The notes beneath the pieces are model-generated. The model searched no databases. It was not told the DNA's origin and saw only the letters and a program-made list of their open reading frames with translations. Source: Euprymna scolopes (lineage: Eukaryota). Taken from it: a DNA stretch of 64,000 nucleotides. The translations under genes and the position numbers were made by a program. Positions 12,901 through 24,647 of the stretch are shown in pieces. Positions within the stretch are counted from its first letter, which is position 1; each line of letters starts with the position of its first letter. The stretch is from assembly GCA_053919585.1 (NCBI GenBank), contig CM132787.1; one strand, written 5' to 3'.

Positions 12901-15626
12901 TGTAATGTAATGGAATGCCAAAATGCATACAGAGTTATGTACTTGTAACAGAAAGTTCACCAGAATGTGTGCACGTGTAACTAAATGTCTATAGTGGTTC
13001 TTCACTGTTTGAACCCCAAGTTATTGTGTTGCTCCAAGTGTGTATGTACTTGTTTAAATAATGCATACGTAGCCTACGCGTACTTCCGTAGCTCATCAGA
13101 TGCTTCCGGAGACACTTTTCTATTTTTAGCTCAATATCATTTTGCCAACTTTTATTATATATTTTCATATTTAGTTACTTGTTTATCTCATCAGTTAGAT
13201 AAATTGATAGACCCACAGAGAAACAGATGGATAACCAGGCCGAAGGATATATCGATAATGCAAATAGATACATAGATAGATCGACAAACAACTAACAAAT
13301 ACTTTCCTGATTCTTAATTTTCTAAAATATGCGCCGAATTGTTCCCAGAAATATTATATTTATTCAAAAGATCTTTTGGTCGATTATTACATGAGATATT
13401 CAATTTTTACATGCCAGTTTTTTTTAATTAATAACTTTAACAGAAAATTAAAAGAGAAGACATGATACTAGATGTAGTCAGGGGCATATAAAACCCTTGC
13501 GCACTCGTTGATTTTTTCATACCTATATGCGTATTTTCTTCATCCAGGGTGCTACTTTCCGTCCCCAGCATGAAGTAAGTTTTCTTCACCCTTTGCTACA
13601 ATAAGGTAATATTTTTACACGTTCAAGTATCGTGTCATACTGCGACCACAACACCACATTAGAAATATCAGATATAAAGTATTTATTTTCATGTCGTTAC
13701 TTTTATAAATCTTTTGTAAAGCAGGCGACCAGCATTTGTATTTTCTTTCAATAAATGAAGTAGAATGTGAGTTTACGACAACGGCAGCGGCAACGTTGAA
13801 AAAAGCGGAACCACAAGGTATAAAGGATGTACAATTATTCCAAAGTATAATTTTCTTTCAAACTTAATTTAAACGTAATCGGTTTCTTGAAACATTATTT
13901 TTAAAAGACGACTAAAAGTCAGTTACTATGTCTTTCAATTGTATTAGTAGTATGATGAACACATTCATTAGTATGTCGATGAATACGACTATTAGTCAAT
14001 AATCCTATGATGACCAGATTCGTGTAAAAGTGATTACAATACTGATAAAACATGCTGCATTAAATGATATGAGATAGAACTCTGATTCAGGGCTGATAAT
14101 TTATCTTCAGACCAGAAGCCTATCTTTTCTCGGAGTAAGTAATCGTTTAAGTACACTCTTCTTGAATTAAAATTTTAATGACATAATTATATCTTAAACA
14201 TTTCTTCAATGAAATTAATCGTTCAAATTTATAAATTGAGAGCATTTTCGAATTAGTACTAACCGTTTGAATGTTTTCCAACAATGTTTCTGCAGGGCTG
14301 TGTATTTACGATTCCCTTGACATATGTTCGTAATTTCTTACAAATAGATAAATGTTTGTTATCTGAAATCGAAACATAAGCAGCAGTACATATTCGTGCG
14401 GAAAATGTAGACTAATAAAGCTAATACAATTTTGATTGACCAGGAAAATATATCGCAGTCATTTAATCGCAATCATAATTCGAGGAAGGTTCTAAATATT
14501 ATTAAACTAGATTGTTTCAATTAATTATATTGAGCGGACTATTGTTTTCATTCTATGTGTAATTATTGCAACGCTTAAGTCAGAATGTCCGTCGACTGTC
14601 ATCAGGCATGTCGGTTATTGTTTAAAAAGTTAGGTGAAAAGTTACTAGCTCGGTACATATTTCCGTATTTCAGTGAGTCACTCCATATTTTTTATCATTA
14701 CTTCGAATTTGGAGAAAAATTGGTTTATAAAGAGGAGGCGGTTTTAATAAAAATAGACAGGGGGATTATATTCCCTCCATCGCCAAATTTTTACCTGTGT
14801 AATATACTTTTTTTCTACAATTAGAAGTTACTACATTAAACCATATGTGCTGCTTCCTAAGTCGCCTATCACCCCACCTTGCGCCCCTATTAATTATTTG
14901 GACTTCTTTCCATAAAGGGAATTGTGTACCTTTTTCACTCCCTATGTGATCAGCTTGTCCCGATTTGCGACTTTTCTTTATGTCACAGTCTCACGGTGCT
15001 CTTCTATCCTACAATCCTAGTGACGACCGAAAAAAAAACGACCGAAATGTTGCACTAATTACACTAAAGATGAGAGCAACAGTCCGATCAGTAAAACTTA
15101 TATAAATAATTGATCCTTTTTTATCCCGCACAAACTGGTAAGAATGAGATTGCAAATTGCATTCTTATGGCGACTAGACGCATATATTAATGATATGTAT
15201 TTTTCACCTCACAGTTGTGGATATTAATGATGTGAGGCCCAAAGAGACATGATCCAGTAGAGTAGCGGCATTATTGAATTCCGCCATGGAAAAAATTAAA
15301 CTTGTCAGCATTCAGCGGGTCCTAGGGTACCTTTAAGAAACCGTCGATTGCGAATTGACATCAGAGATATAAGCGAGAAAATGCGGTCGGGATTTTTTAT
15401 TATTGAGTTATACAAAGAATTCGGTAAAAGTGCATTGATAATTTAGCCGATTATGTAGAAAAATATTTTCGATCACAAAAGCTCTCGTGTTTTTAATATA
15501 AAACTCCTTTATTTTAAACTCTTCATTAGTTTATTTTTTGTGCATAAAGGTAGGAGGCATTGCCTTTGGATTGCACTCTCGAACTTTATATATAGTTGTT
15601 TAATCAGAAATGAAGAAATTCTAAAG
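9936..15626 (+). pseudogene. Putative micro-exon gene, probably disrupted: signal-peptide-like first exon plus a series of 16-30 nt exon candidates
   Basis: Exon 1 is 9936-9994 (MNIFAITIVAC..., donor GTAAGT). Candidates with polypyrimidine-YAG acceptor and GT donor: 10156-10171, 10509-10526 (KLVAPE), 10615-10635 (KNKAYSY), 13548-13574 (GATFRPQHE), 14111-14134 (TRSLSFLG), 14296-14325 (GCVFTIPLTY), 15215-15231. Candidate 15606-15626 (RNEEILK) has a degraded acceptor. Exon 1 contains an in-frame TAG. Splice-signal evidence only. Confidence 0.4.
11796..12877 (+). mobile_element. Non-autonomous Helitron (family A, copy 1)
   Basis: A|TC 5' end at 11795/11796. Subterminal hairpin GCCAC..GTGCC lies about 11 nt before CTAG (12874-12877), which is followed by T. 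The 5' ~220 bp match the reverse complement of about 23120-23335. Confidence 0.8.
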
Positions 15627-16082
15627 GTATAATTAATGAAAACTTTAACAGTCAAGATTTTATTGTCTGTCAAACGTTTTGTTGATTGATACGTTCCAAT
15701 GTTTGTCTATAATTTGATTTGCGTTATCGCATGAAGAGTGGATTATAAGGATTTACACGTATAGAGAAGCCATTATTATCGATTAGAATAATGTAACTCT
15801 AAAGCGAGACATGGACACTGATTCGTAAAGATAAGATATTTGTGAAATCGGATTCTGTTTGCCAATATGTCAATCGTCGTATGATAAACACATTCGGGTC
15901 GAAGTGATTACAATCCTGATAAAACATGCAGTATTAAAAGATGGATTATAGCGTAGGTAATCTTGCCTTTATTAATTCGATTGAACAAAGAAATTATATG
16001 TATAAATATCATACGAAAACCTTTTGTTAGAATATCCCGTCATACGAAAACCTTTTGTCAGAATATCCCGTACAATGTCGTC

Positions 16083-16149
<67 letters not shown>

Positions 16150-16300
16150 TTAAAATTAGTTCAATTCTTGAATGCATTACACAGATGAAATAAACAGTTA
16201 ACTTCACATAGTGGATGTTAATGATGAAAAGTTATACTGAATATTAGGTTATAGTTTTCAAACATTCTGTTTCATTTTACCTCAGCCGAAGTTCGCATCA
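15560..16300 (+). repeat. Diverged direct duplication of 38575-39250 (non-TE module carrying a micro-exon candidate); partial third copy at about 14000-14075
   Basis: Shared blocks GATTATAAGGATTT, CATTATTATCGATTAGAATAATGTAA, AAGTGATTACA and TGTTTCATTTT.CCTCAG occur in the same order in both copies. Confidence 0.8.
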
Positions 16301-16820
16301 TCACGAGATTACTTTGCAGCGATTTACACTTAGTTATTAAAGAAGTTGAGGACATTATTTCCCTCCTCGCCTTTAACTTGTCAAGTGTGTTATATGAACT
16401 ATTCTTTGCAGCGAATTTGTCTTATCACATTCCAGAACTATATTTCAACTTCTTTAGTGAAGCATAATGATTTTTACTTCAACTTCGATTTAAAGGTATA
16501 ACATTTTTCGTTTAAACACGTATGGGTTTGCAATACTGAAGGAATAGTATGTGGGTCGTTGTGAGGAAAACCTATCCGTATGTCAGGCCGTCTTTATTAA
16601 TACTTGTACAAAGAGACGAAAGGCACACAGGATTTGTGTCTAGTTTACATTCAAATTTTGTCCAGCAGACATTTGACGTCTCTTATCTAAGCAGTCAAGC
16701 TTAATCTAATAACATTCAACCCATAAGGATTTTAATTGATATGATTATTCTAAATTTATGACTTATTAAAAATATTTTTTTACATGTTCACCGATATAAC
16801 TTAGTTTTCGCTGGTTTGTG

Positions 16821-19210
16821 AACAATCTTGATGCACGTGTTCCATTTTATATCAGGAGTAAAGGTCACACCCAGAAGCTTGACAAAACACGGGCCCCCAC
16901 CCAGACGAGAGCCATCCATCCCAATTGATACGAGCTGGGGATCAGAGCGTTGATGATGTAAGGATAGGAGTTTGGTTTTGGATGCATTAAAGGTAACCAG
17001 CCACGTCTTCCCCCCATTGAACTACGCGCTCGAAATCAGAGGAGAGAGAATCAGAGAGAACTTTGTAATTTAAGACTTTGATGAGTTGCCGTTGATGGTC
17101 GTGTCATCAGCATAGATGTCAACGAATGATTTAAGTATGTGTTTAGGGAGGTCATTGATATAGATCAGGAAGAGAGTTGGGCCAAGGATTGACCCCTGAG
17201 GGACTACAGCATTTATATTGCAGGCCTCCGATTTTTGTCTATCAACCACTACTCTTATGAGCCTATCGGAGAGAAATGATTTATGATTGAGAAAACATTT
17301 CCAGTTATACCGTAGCTGGAAATCTTGTGAAGTAGACCCTTATGCCATACGTTGTCGAAGGCCTTTGATATATCAAGAGCAATTGCCCTAGAAAACAAAG
17401 CCTTTGTAAAGAAATTCACTAATCCTGAGGGATATAACCGTCAGTACATCTTCGATAGATCTTAAAGAGCGGAAACAATATTCTGTGTCACTAAGGAGGT
17501 TATTCCTGCTGAGGTGGTAGACTATTTCTCTATTAAGTATGGATTCCAGCAACTTACTCATAACACACAGGAGACTTATAGGTCTGTACTGAGAGGGAGA
17601 TGACTTATCACCTGAATTCTTAAATGCAGGGCAAACTGATGAGGTCTTCCAGGGAGTCAGAAAGCACTTCTCCTTAAAGAAGCGCTTAAATAGTTTCGTA
17701 AATATGGGAGCAAGTTCTTGTTGAAGCTTTTTTAACACTATAATTGGGATGCCATCAGGGCCAGTTGCTTTACGGGAACCTAGGTTCTTGATTAGCTTGC
17801 GGACCTCATGCTTTGATATGTTTATGTTACCTAGCTTGTTCTGTGTTATAGGAGGAAATATGGGGAGTTGATGGCCTTCGTCGCATAGGGTAGAATTAGC
17901 TGCAAAGTTCTTTGGAAATAGTTTGGCCTTGTCTGACGCTGACAAGATGACATCTGGTCCATTAATAATGGTTGGGATAGAACGCACACTTTTGTTCAGA
18001 ATCCTATTTGTTATTTGCCAAAACTGGTGGGAACCAAGCCGTCAATCAGCTACCTTGGATTTAACAGACTGGGCATATAGCTATCTTACATTTTTTATTA
18101 CTATTTTACAGTGGTTGCTGGCAGACCTGAAAGCAGCTTTTGTCTCAGTGCATCTATTAGGTTGGTAGCTAAGGAAAAAGTGATATCTGTGCGCGACAGC
18201 AGCAGCACATTCTGGGGAGAACCATGGCTGGCTGTTAGGTTTTTGCTGGAATCTTTTAGATGATATGAAGTTGTCTATGCCTACAGTTAACTATTCGGTC
18301 AGATCTGATAATATAGAGGGCACTTTCTTTTTAAATATGGCGTGCAGAGGTAATCAGATATGAATGTACGGAAGCTATCCCAGTACGCCATAGAGTATCG
18401 GTATACAGTACGGTGGAGGGATACGTCTGGGGGCTTCTTACATTTCGTTTTTATCTTTACTTATACGACGTAGTGGTCAGAGGAGCCTAGAGAAGAATGA
18501 ACGGAACATGAACATAGTTCAGGGGAAGTTGAGAGAAAAAAGGTCTAAGAGCTAGCATATTGACCGGGTGTATCGGGCACACGGGTGGGTTCGCGAACAA
18601 TCTTAGTGAGGTCATAAGCAAGGGCAAAATCATGACAAAACCTCTCCTCATAATCTGTCTTATTTGAATGGGTCAGCCATTCCACGTTATGGACGTTGAC
18701 GTCACCACAGATGTGGATGATAGCCGAAGGATGTGCAGACAGTATGTGGTCTATTTTCTCAGATATGCTCTTAAAGATAGTAACTCCGCAGTTATGGGGC
18801 CTATAGAGGGCAAATATAAACGCTGCGGTGTTAGCAAGTGCAACCCTGAAGCACATATAGGGTAAATTAGGATCTTCTCTCGAGATATCCCTGCCACACA
18901 GGAAGCCATCCGTAATGTAGGCACACATTCCATGCCCATGGCGATCTTGGGGGTCAGATTCAGCTGTTAAATTAGAGTATCCGTTAATCATAAACTCATC
19001 TAGGGAAGTGGTCGGCCCTATTCTAGTTTCACTTAGAAATAATATGTCCGATTTCGTCTCCTGTAATTGGGTTTCAACCTCTGGAAGGTTGGAACGTAGA
19101 CCCCTGATGTTGGAGAAGGGGACCTGGTAGTAGTTGTCTACGTTGGAAGATGGGGTTCTAGGTTTAACTGAGTTTTTATTCTGGATATATTTATGTTGAG
19201 GTTTTGGCAT
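16821..19210 (-). pseudogene. Apurinic endonuclease-reverse transcriptase ORF of the LINE, broken by stops and frameshifts
   Basis: ORF-track pieces 18545-19363 (APE; likely start MPKPQ at 19210) and 17388-17987 (RT N-terminal part). RT motifs continue to about 16821. Confidence 0.9.
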
Positions 19211-19567
19211 TTGTGGAATAGGTCGGCATACTTGGTTAAAGCAGTACAGAGAGGGAAAGTAAGAGAGAAAAAGACAGGACTTTTTTTTAGCACACGAAAA
19301 GATAAAGCCGTAACAATTACATCGAGAGACCCCACCAGAGACTACTGCATGGTCCAGGTCCACTCACCAAATGGCAATACAGCAGTCCCAGTACTTTGCG
19401 CCAGCTTATAGGACAGCCTCCTTTGTGGTTAATCCAAGGTTCGGTTCCCTGACTATCAGGCGGATAACGTCAGCCAGACAAAACTTTTACCTCCAGCACC
19501 CTTACTAGTGACATGGCCACAAGGACAGACAGAGACAAAAAAATTTCCATCTCAGACTACTGGTCAC
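16821..19567 (-). mobile_element. CR1/L2-group non-LTR retrotransposon with 5' UTR and APE-RT ORF, 3'-truncated, degenerate
   Basis: APE motifs SNIRGL, LFLSET, ALYRP, ICGD(V)NVH and PTRVPD. RT motifs KATGPDGI, YRPISLL, LDISKAFD and PQGSILGPTLFLIYINDL. Confidence 0.93.
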
Positions 19568-20140
19568 CAAGTACAAGTTCTTAGGAAAATAAGATGATAC
19601 GGTATCACTGGTAGAATACTAAACATAATTAAATACTTCTTAGATAAGAGAAAAATCCAGGTTCTCCTCGACGGTCGTACATCTAAACAATATAATATAA
19701 ATTCTGGAGTGCCCCAAGGGTATATCCTTGGACCTCTGTTGTTCCTAATATTCATAAATGACCTCCCCGACAAAATTGCCTCTGAGATGGGTATGTATGC
19801 TGATGACACCTTACTCTATAACATGCATGATTGGCAAAAATGAAGCCATATCTAAAGAAATAGCAGACACACTAGAGGATGACCTCCGATCTGTAATGGA
19901 ATGGGGAAAAATTGATGGTCACGTTCAATGCTGCCAAGACTAAACTATTTTTCTTTCACTAAATACAATAACGTTTTCTACCACTAATAGCAATAGCCAA
20001 CACCACTTTATCTAAGAGTACATCCTTCAAACTCCTTGACCTAACGTTCACAGAAAACATTAGTTTGAACAAATACATTGAAAACATTGTCAGGGCTGCT
20101 ACAAAGAAGAAATCCCTTGGTTCGCGGTTTCTGTGTTGTC
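19568..20140 (+). mobile_element. RT fragment of a second, related CR1/L2-group LINE family
   Basis: Reads INSGVPQGYILGPLLFLIFINDLP...MYADDT. It resembles 48920-49707 more than the neighbouring copies. Confidence 0.85.
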
Positions 20141-20276
20141 TGGACATTAATGGACATTAATTCGAACATTTGTGAACATGCTTCTTTAATCACATTTATC
20201 TTCTATAACCGAAGATATTCCATGTCACTGTATGTTCATAAATAAAGAATTTCTCGTCATTCGAAGCGTAAGTACA

Positions 20277-20411
20277 NNNNNNNNNNNNNNNNNNNNNNNN
20301 NNNNNNNNNNNNNNNNNNNNNNNNNNNNNNNNNNNNNNNNNNNNNNNNNNNNNNNNNNNNNNNNNNNNNNNNNNNNNNNNNNNNNNNNNNNNNNNNNNNN
20401 NNNNNNNNNNN
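20277..20411. other. Assembly gap or masked run; others at 28644-28793, 40857-40991, 43742-43878, 60692-60823 and 62490-62647
   Basis: Runs of N. Confidence 0.99.
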
Positions 20412-21135
20412 ATCCATTTAGTTACATAAAAAGTATGTTTGTCTTAGTGTCTGTGAGTTTTTCCCTACACACTCGGAAGCGACACTTTTGAAGACTCACA
20501 CAAATTTAACGAATGTGACCAGTAGTGTTAACCCTACATTTGTATCTGATAACTATCGAAATATAATCGAAAACACTCGATTAAAGAAGATATTCAAATT
20601 TTGAAAAAAAAAACATAGCAGTGTTAAAATATATATACAACTGTTATACAACTATATAAATAAAATATATATAATACTGTTATACAACTTTATATTGCAA
20701 GAACATTTGAGAATGTTTACTCCCATAGAAGTAGAAAAGCTCAGCATATAATTAAACTGGATGTTTGTAAGAAAAGGGCGCATTGTACTTTTTTCGAGCT
20801 CAATCAACAAAGTTGTTCAATTCAAGTAATTATGTAAAATTAATTTTAATGAAAGTAAACTTTTTAGATAAAATCATTATTTGTACACATTTAATTAATA
20901 GGCTCCCTTAAATTTAGTTAAATTATGTGTAAAATTCGAAATCAGAAGTTTTCTTTCTTTAATCACATAAATTCACGATAACTTAGTTTAACGTAGTTAT
21001 CCAGTCGCTTATTTAGTACGGTATAATTTCGCAGACGTCTTAAGCCAAAGTATGACAATGAAATAGTAGTTTTCAAGTTTTTAGATATACTTCCTCTTTT
21101 ATATTTCATTTATTTTTGAAAAATCCTCTTCTTTT

Positions 21136-22304
21136 TACTTCATAAGATTTCCAGCTACGGTATAACTGGAAATGTTTTCTCAATCATTAAATCATTTCTC
21201 TCCGATAGGCTCATAAAAGTAGTCGTAGATGGACAAAAATCGGAGGCCTGCAATATAAATGCTGGAGTCCCTCAGGGGTCAATCCTCGGCCCAACTCTCT
21301 TCCTGATCTATATCAATGACCTCCCTAAACACATACTTAAATCATTCGTTGACATCTATGCTGATGACACGACCATCTACGGCAACACATCACAGTCTGT
21401 AAATGACGAAGTTCTCTCGAATTCTCTCTCCTCTGATCTCGAGCGAGTGGTTCAGTGGGAGAAGATGTGGCTAGTTACCTTTAATGCATCTAAAACCAAA
21501 CTCCTATCCTTACATCATCAACGCTCTGATCCCCAGCTGGCATCAATTGTGATGGATGGCTCTCGTCTGGGTGAGGCCCCGTGTTTTGACAAGCTTCTGG
21601 GTTTGACCTTTACTCCTGATCTGAAATGGAACACGTACATCAAGTCTGTTGCCAAGGTCGCTGGAAAGATGGTGGGATCCTTCTACCGCTCCAGAAGATA
21701 TATCACTACTGATGCAATTCTCTATCTATATAAAAGCCAAGTACGGCCAAGGATGGAATACTGTTGCCATATCTGGGCAGGAGCTGCCAAAAACAGCCTA
21801 TCATGCCTTGACAGAGTACAAAATAGACTTCGTGGTTTAGTGGGGGATGCCCTTTTCTCTACCCTGCAACCCCTCTCCCACAGAAGAGACGTTGCGAGCC
21901 TATCCTTTTTTTATCGTTATTTTCATGGCAGGTGCTCGTCTGAACTCCAATCCCTGGTCCCCCCCTCGCCAAACTTTCACGAAAAACACCCGTCTAGCTG
22001 AATCCACTGTGAAAAATTTCCCCCACTCCATATCTGTGCCTAAATCAAAACGCGGATGTCATGAGCAAAGCTTCTTTCTTAGAACTGCACGCCTGTGGAA
22101 CTCTGTTCCGTCTGCCTGCTTCCCTCCGGACTACAACTTGGATGTCTTCAAGTCTAATGTTAACAAATTCCTAATGAACCGCCCCCCTAATTAAACACTT
22201 CATAAAATCTCCTCACTAACGTGATGTACTTGCAATAACCATTATCCCTGAGTGGCTTCCGGGCCTTGATAAGTGGTGATCACTGTGTAAAAAAAAAAAA
22301 AAAA
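21136..22304 (+). mobile_element. 5'-truncated CR1/L2-group LINE with intact 3' UTR and poly(A); relatively young
   Basis: Open RT frame HKISSYGITG...GVPQGSILGP...YADDT...LYKSQVRPRMEYCCHIW. One frameshift lies in a poly-C run near 21960, the stop is at 22194 and the A-tail spans 22289-22304. Confidence 0.95.
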
Positions 22305-22541
22305 TTGTTTGATGACACATGTTCGTGGTGACTTTCCATTAAAATAACCGGAACCTAATGTGAATAATAATCAAGATAAGCATATGACAAGTATAATACA
22401 ACAGCATTTCAGAAACTCATTACGATTAAAAATAGATATAGCATTTACTAATAAAACACGATAAGTGTATTGGAATTTTAATTAATAAAAACACTAAACA
22501 TAAATTTACATTACAGTGAAAATATAGTTTTAATTATATAA

Positions 22542-23337
22542 CTAGCGGGGGTACCCGACGTTGCCCGGTTGTTTGGAGGTTTGTGTGTAAGGGGGGAGTA
22601 AAGTAAAGAATAACCGAAGTATAATCCTGTTTTAATATAATCAAAACGACGTTAAACTTCGTTAATAAATCGGCAAAAAAAGAGAGAGAGAGCGAATAAA
22701 CGTAAAACTACTTTAAAATAGAAATGGGAAAATAAAAGCATAATCCAGGGTAAATAAATGATGGACGTGTTCGGAAAAACAAACACAAAAAGAACAAAGC
22801 GAAAAGCAAAAACAAAAAAGGGCATAAGTAACCCTTCTGTTCGGTTAACTCAATGGTGCGATTCACCCAGCCCATTCAAGTTTGTGTAATCAACTACAAA
22901 ACGTAATAAAGCGAAAAAATTGCATACATAAAGCTTCGATTCGGTTAACTCCATGGTGCGTTTCACTAAGTAGAATTAAAATTCCATTCCAGTTTTTTTA
23001 TACAACTACGATGTAAAGAAAACTCAAACAAGTGTTCCTTCGTAACTCTTTCTTGTGGGCGATCCCGTAACGGTGTTAAATAGTGAGGGAAAAGAAGAAA
23101 TTTATGATTTTACCACTTCCATTGATCTTAACCGATTTTAGCAGTGAACTCTCAGCAGATAGAATATAGGAATCTACGCTTATCGAGAAAATGGATAGGT
23201 AATAAGTCTATAACACACCTCAGACATTGTTCTACAGTTTGTACATATTACATTTGCATGAAATATCTTGATTTTTAATCCTATTAAGGTCAAAATCAGA
23301 GGGGAAATTGATTTCATTGTATATATATATATATAGA
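22542..23337 (-). mobile_element. Non-autonomous Helitron (family A, copy 2)
   Basis: Minus-strand CCGGGCAACGTCGG hairpin followed by CTAG|T at 22545-22541. The 5' region is homologous to 11800-12010. An internal ~100-bp tandem duplication lies at 22840/22940. Confidence 0.78.
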
Positions 23338-24615
23338 GAGAGAGAGAGAAAGAGAGAGAGAGAGCGAGAGAGAGGGATAACTGTGCAATTGAAAAATCGG
23401 AAGCGTAAATTGCCATATATGTAAACACACATTTACCTCGTTTAATGCACATGCCTATAAACAATAAAAAAAAAACTACTAACGTGAAAATATTGGAATA
23501 TTGTCAAACATATCTATTGACTAAATAAATAAATTAATTTAAAACAGTTAATTAGTGGGATGGGATGCTAGTACTTTAAAGAACGTAATATATGTTATGC
23601 GTGTTAATGAATTTCCACTCTCATAAACATGGAAATATAATCAAAAGAGTAACCTAAACGCAACATATAATGCACGGTTTTAAGACGTGAAAATAAATAA
23701 CGTGTAGGCTAGCAGACGTAATGAAATTATAATATATAAGATATTTTGTATATCAAATTAAGTAAGTTGAAATTGAATTATGACAAATAACTGCGATTTA
23801 ATACTTATACTCCGTTAGTATTTTGTAAGATGTAAGGTTATTCAAAAAGCTATAAACATTAATGCACGGTATAAAACAATTGGCTTCATGTCTAGAAACT
23901 AATAGTGTGTATCATTAAAAAAAGTTTTAACTCAATAACTTGATTAATTGATCAATTGGAAAAATAAACTGAATTATAATAATATTTGATGCGAATATAC
24001 CGACGGAGATTCCTGTAATATGGATCGACACGAACTGAAAAATGACTTCTATGAAATTCGAGCTTACTGCATTTATGACAAGTATATACAATTCGGAAAA
24101 TGCTGATAAATCCTGCTTAACATGTTATGTTGGTGCACCGCACAATTATTACGTTTTGTTTGTGGAAGTACATAAAAAAATTAGCGGTGATCACGACAGT
24201 ATCGCGACATTCATGGTCAATTTCTGAGAGACATACACCCCCTGCCCTTCATGTGGACACTGGTTTCTGTATTCTCGGCAGTATCATAATTTTCCGCGTT
24301 TTAGGATCTAATTTGTTTTTGTCTATTTATGGCAAGTACACATATTTTTCCTGATCTTCTGGGTGCTTTCTATAAGTTAGTCAGTAAAAGGTGTGGTGTG
24401 TTTTTCCCGTTATTATACGTAATGTCCTGTGTGTATGCATAAATATGTATATATAGTATGTAAGCATATTGATGTATGCATGTATATATATACATATATA
24501 TATATGTTTGCACATATGAACATGCATGTGTATATATAACATAGATATATGTGTAAGTATAGTTATTTATATGTACATCTATCTATCTATCTACCTATCT
24601 CTGTCTCTCTCTCAC

Positions 24616-24647
<32 letters not shown>

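Noticed and set aside
19211-19363. N-terminal extension of the 272-aa ORF as real protein
   Set aside because: It starts at a non-ATG codon and looks like open 5' UTR. The ATG at 19210 fits the distance to the APE motifs.
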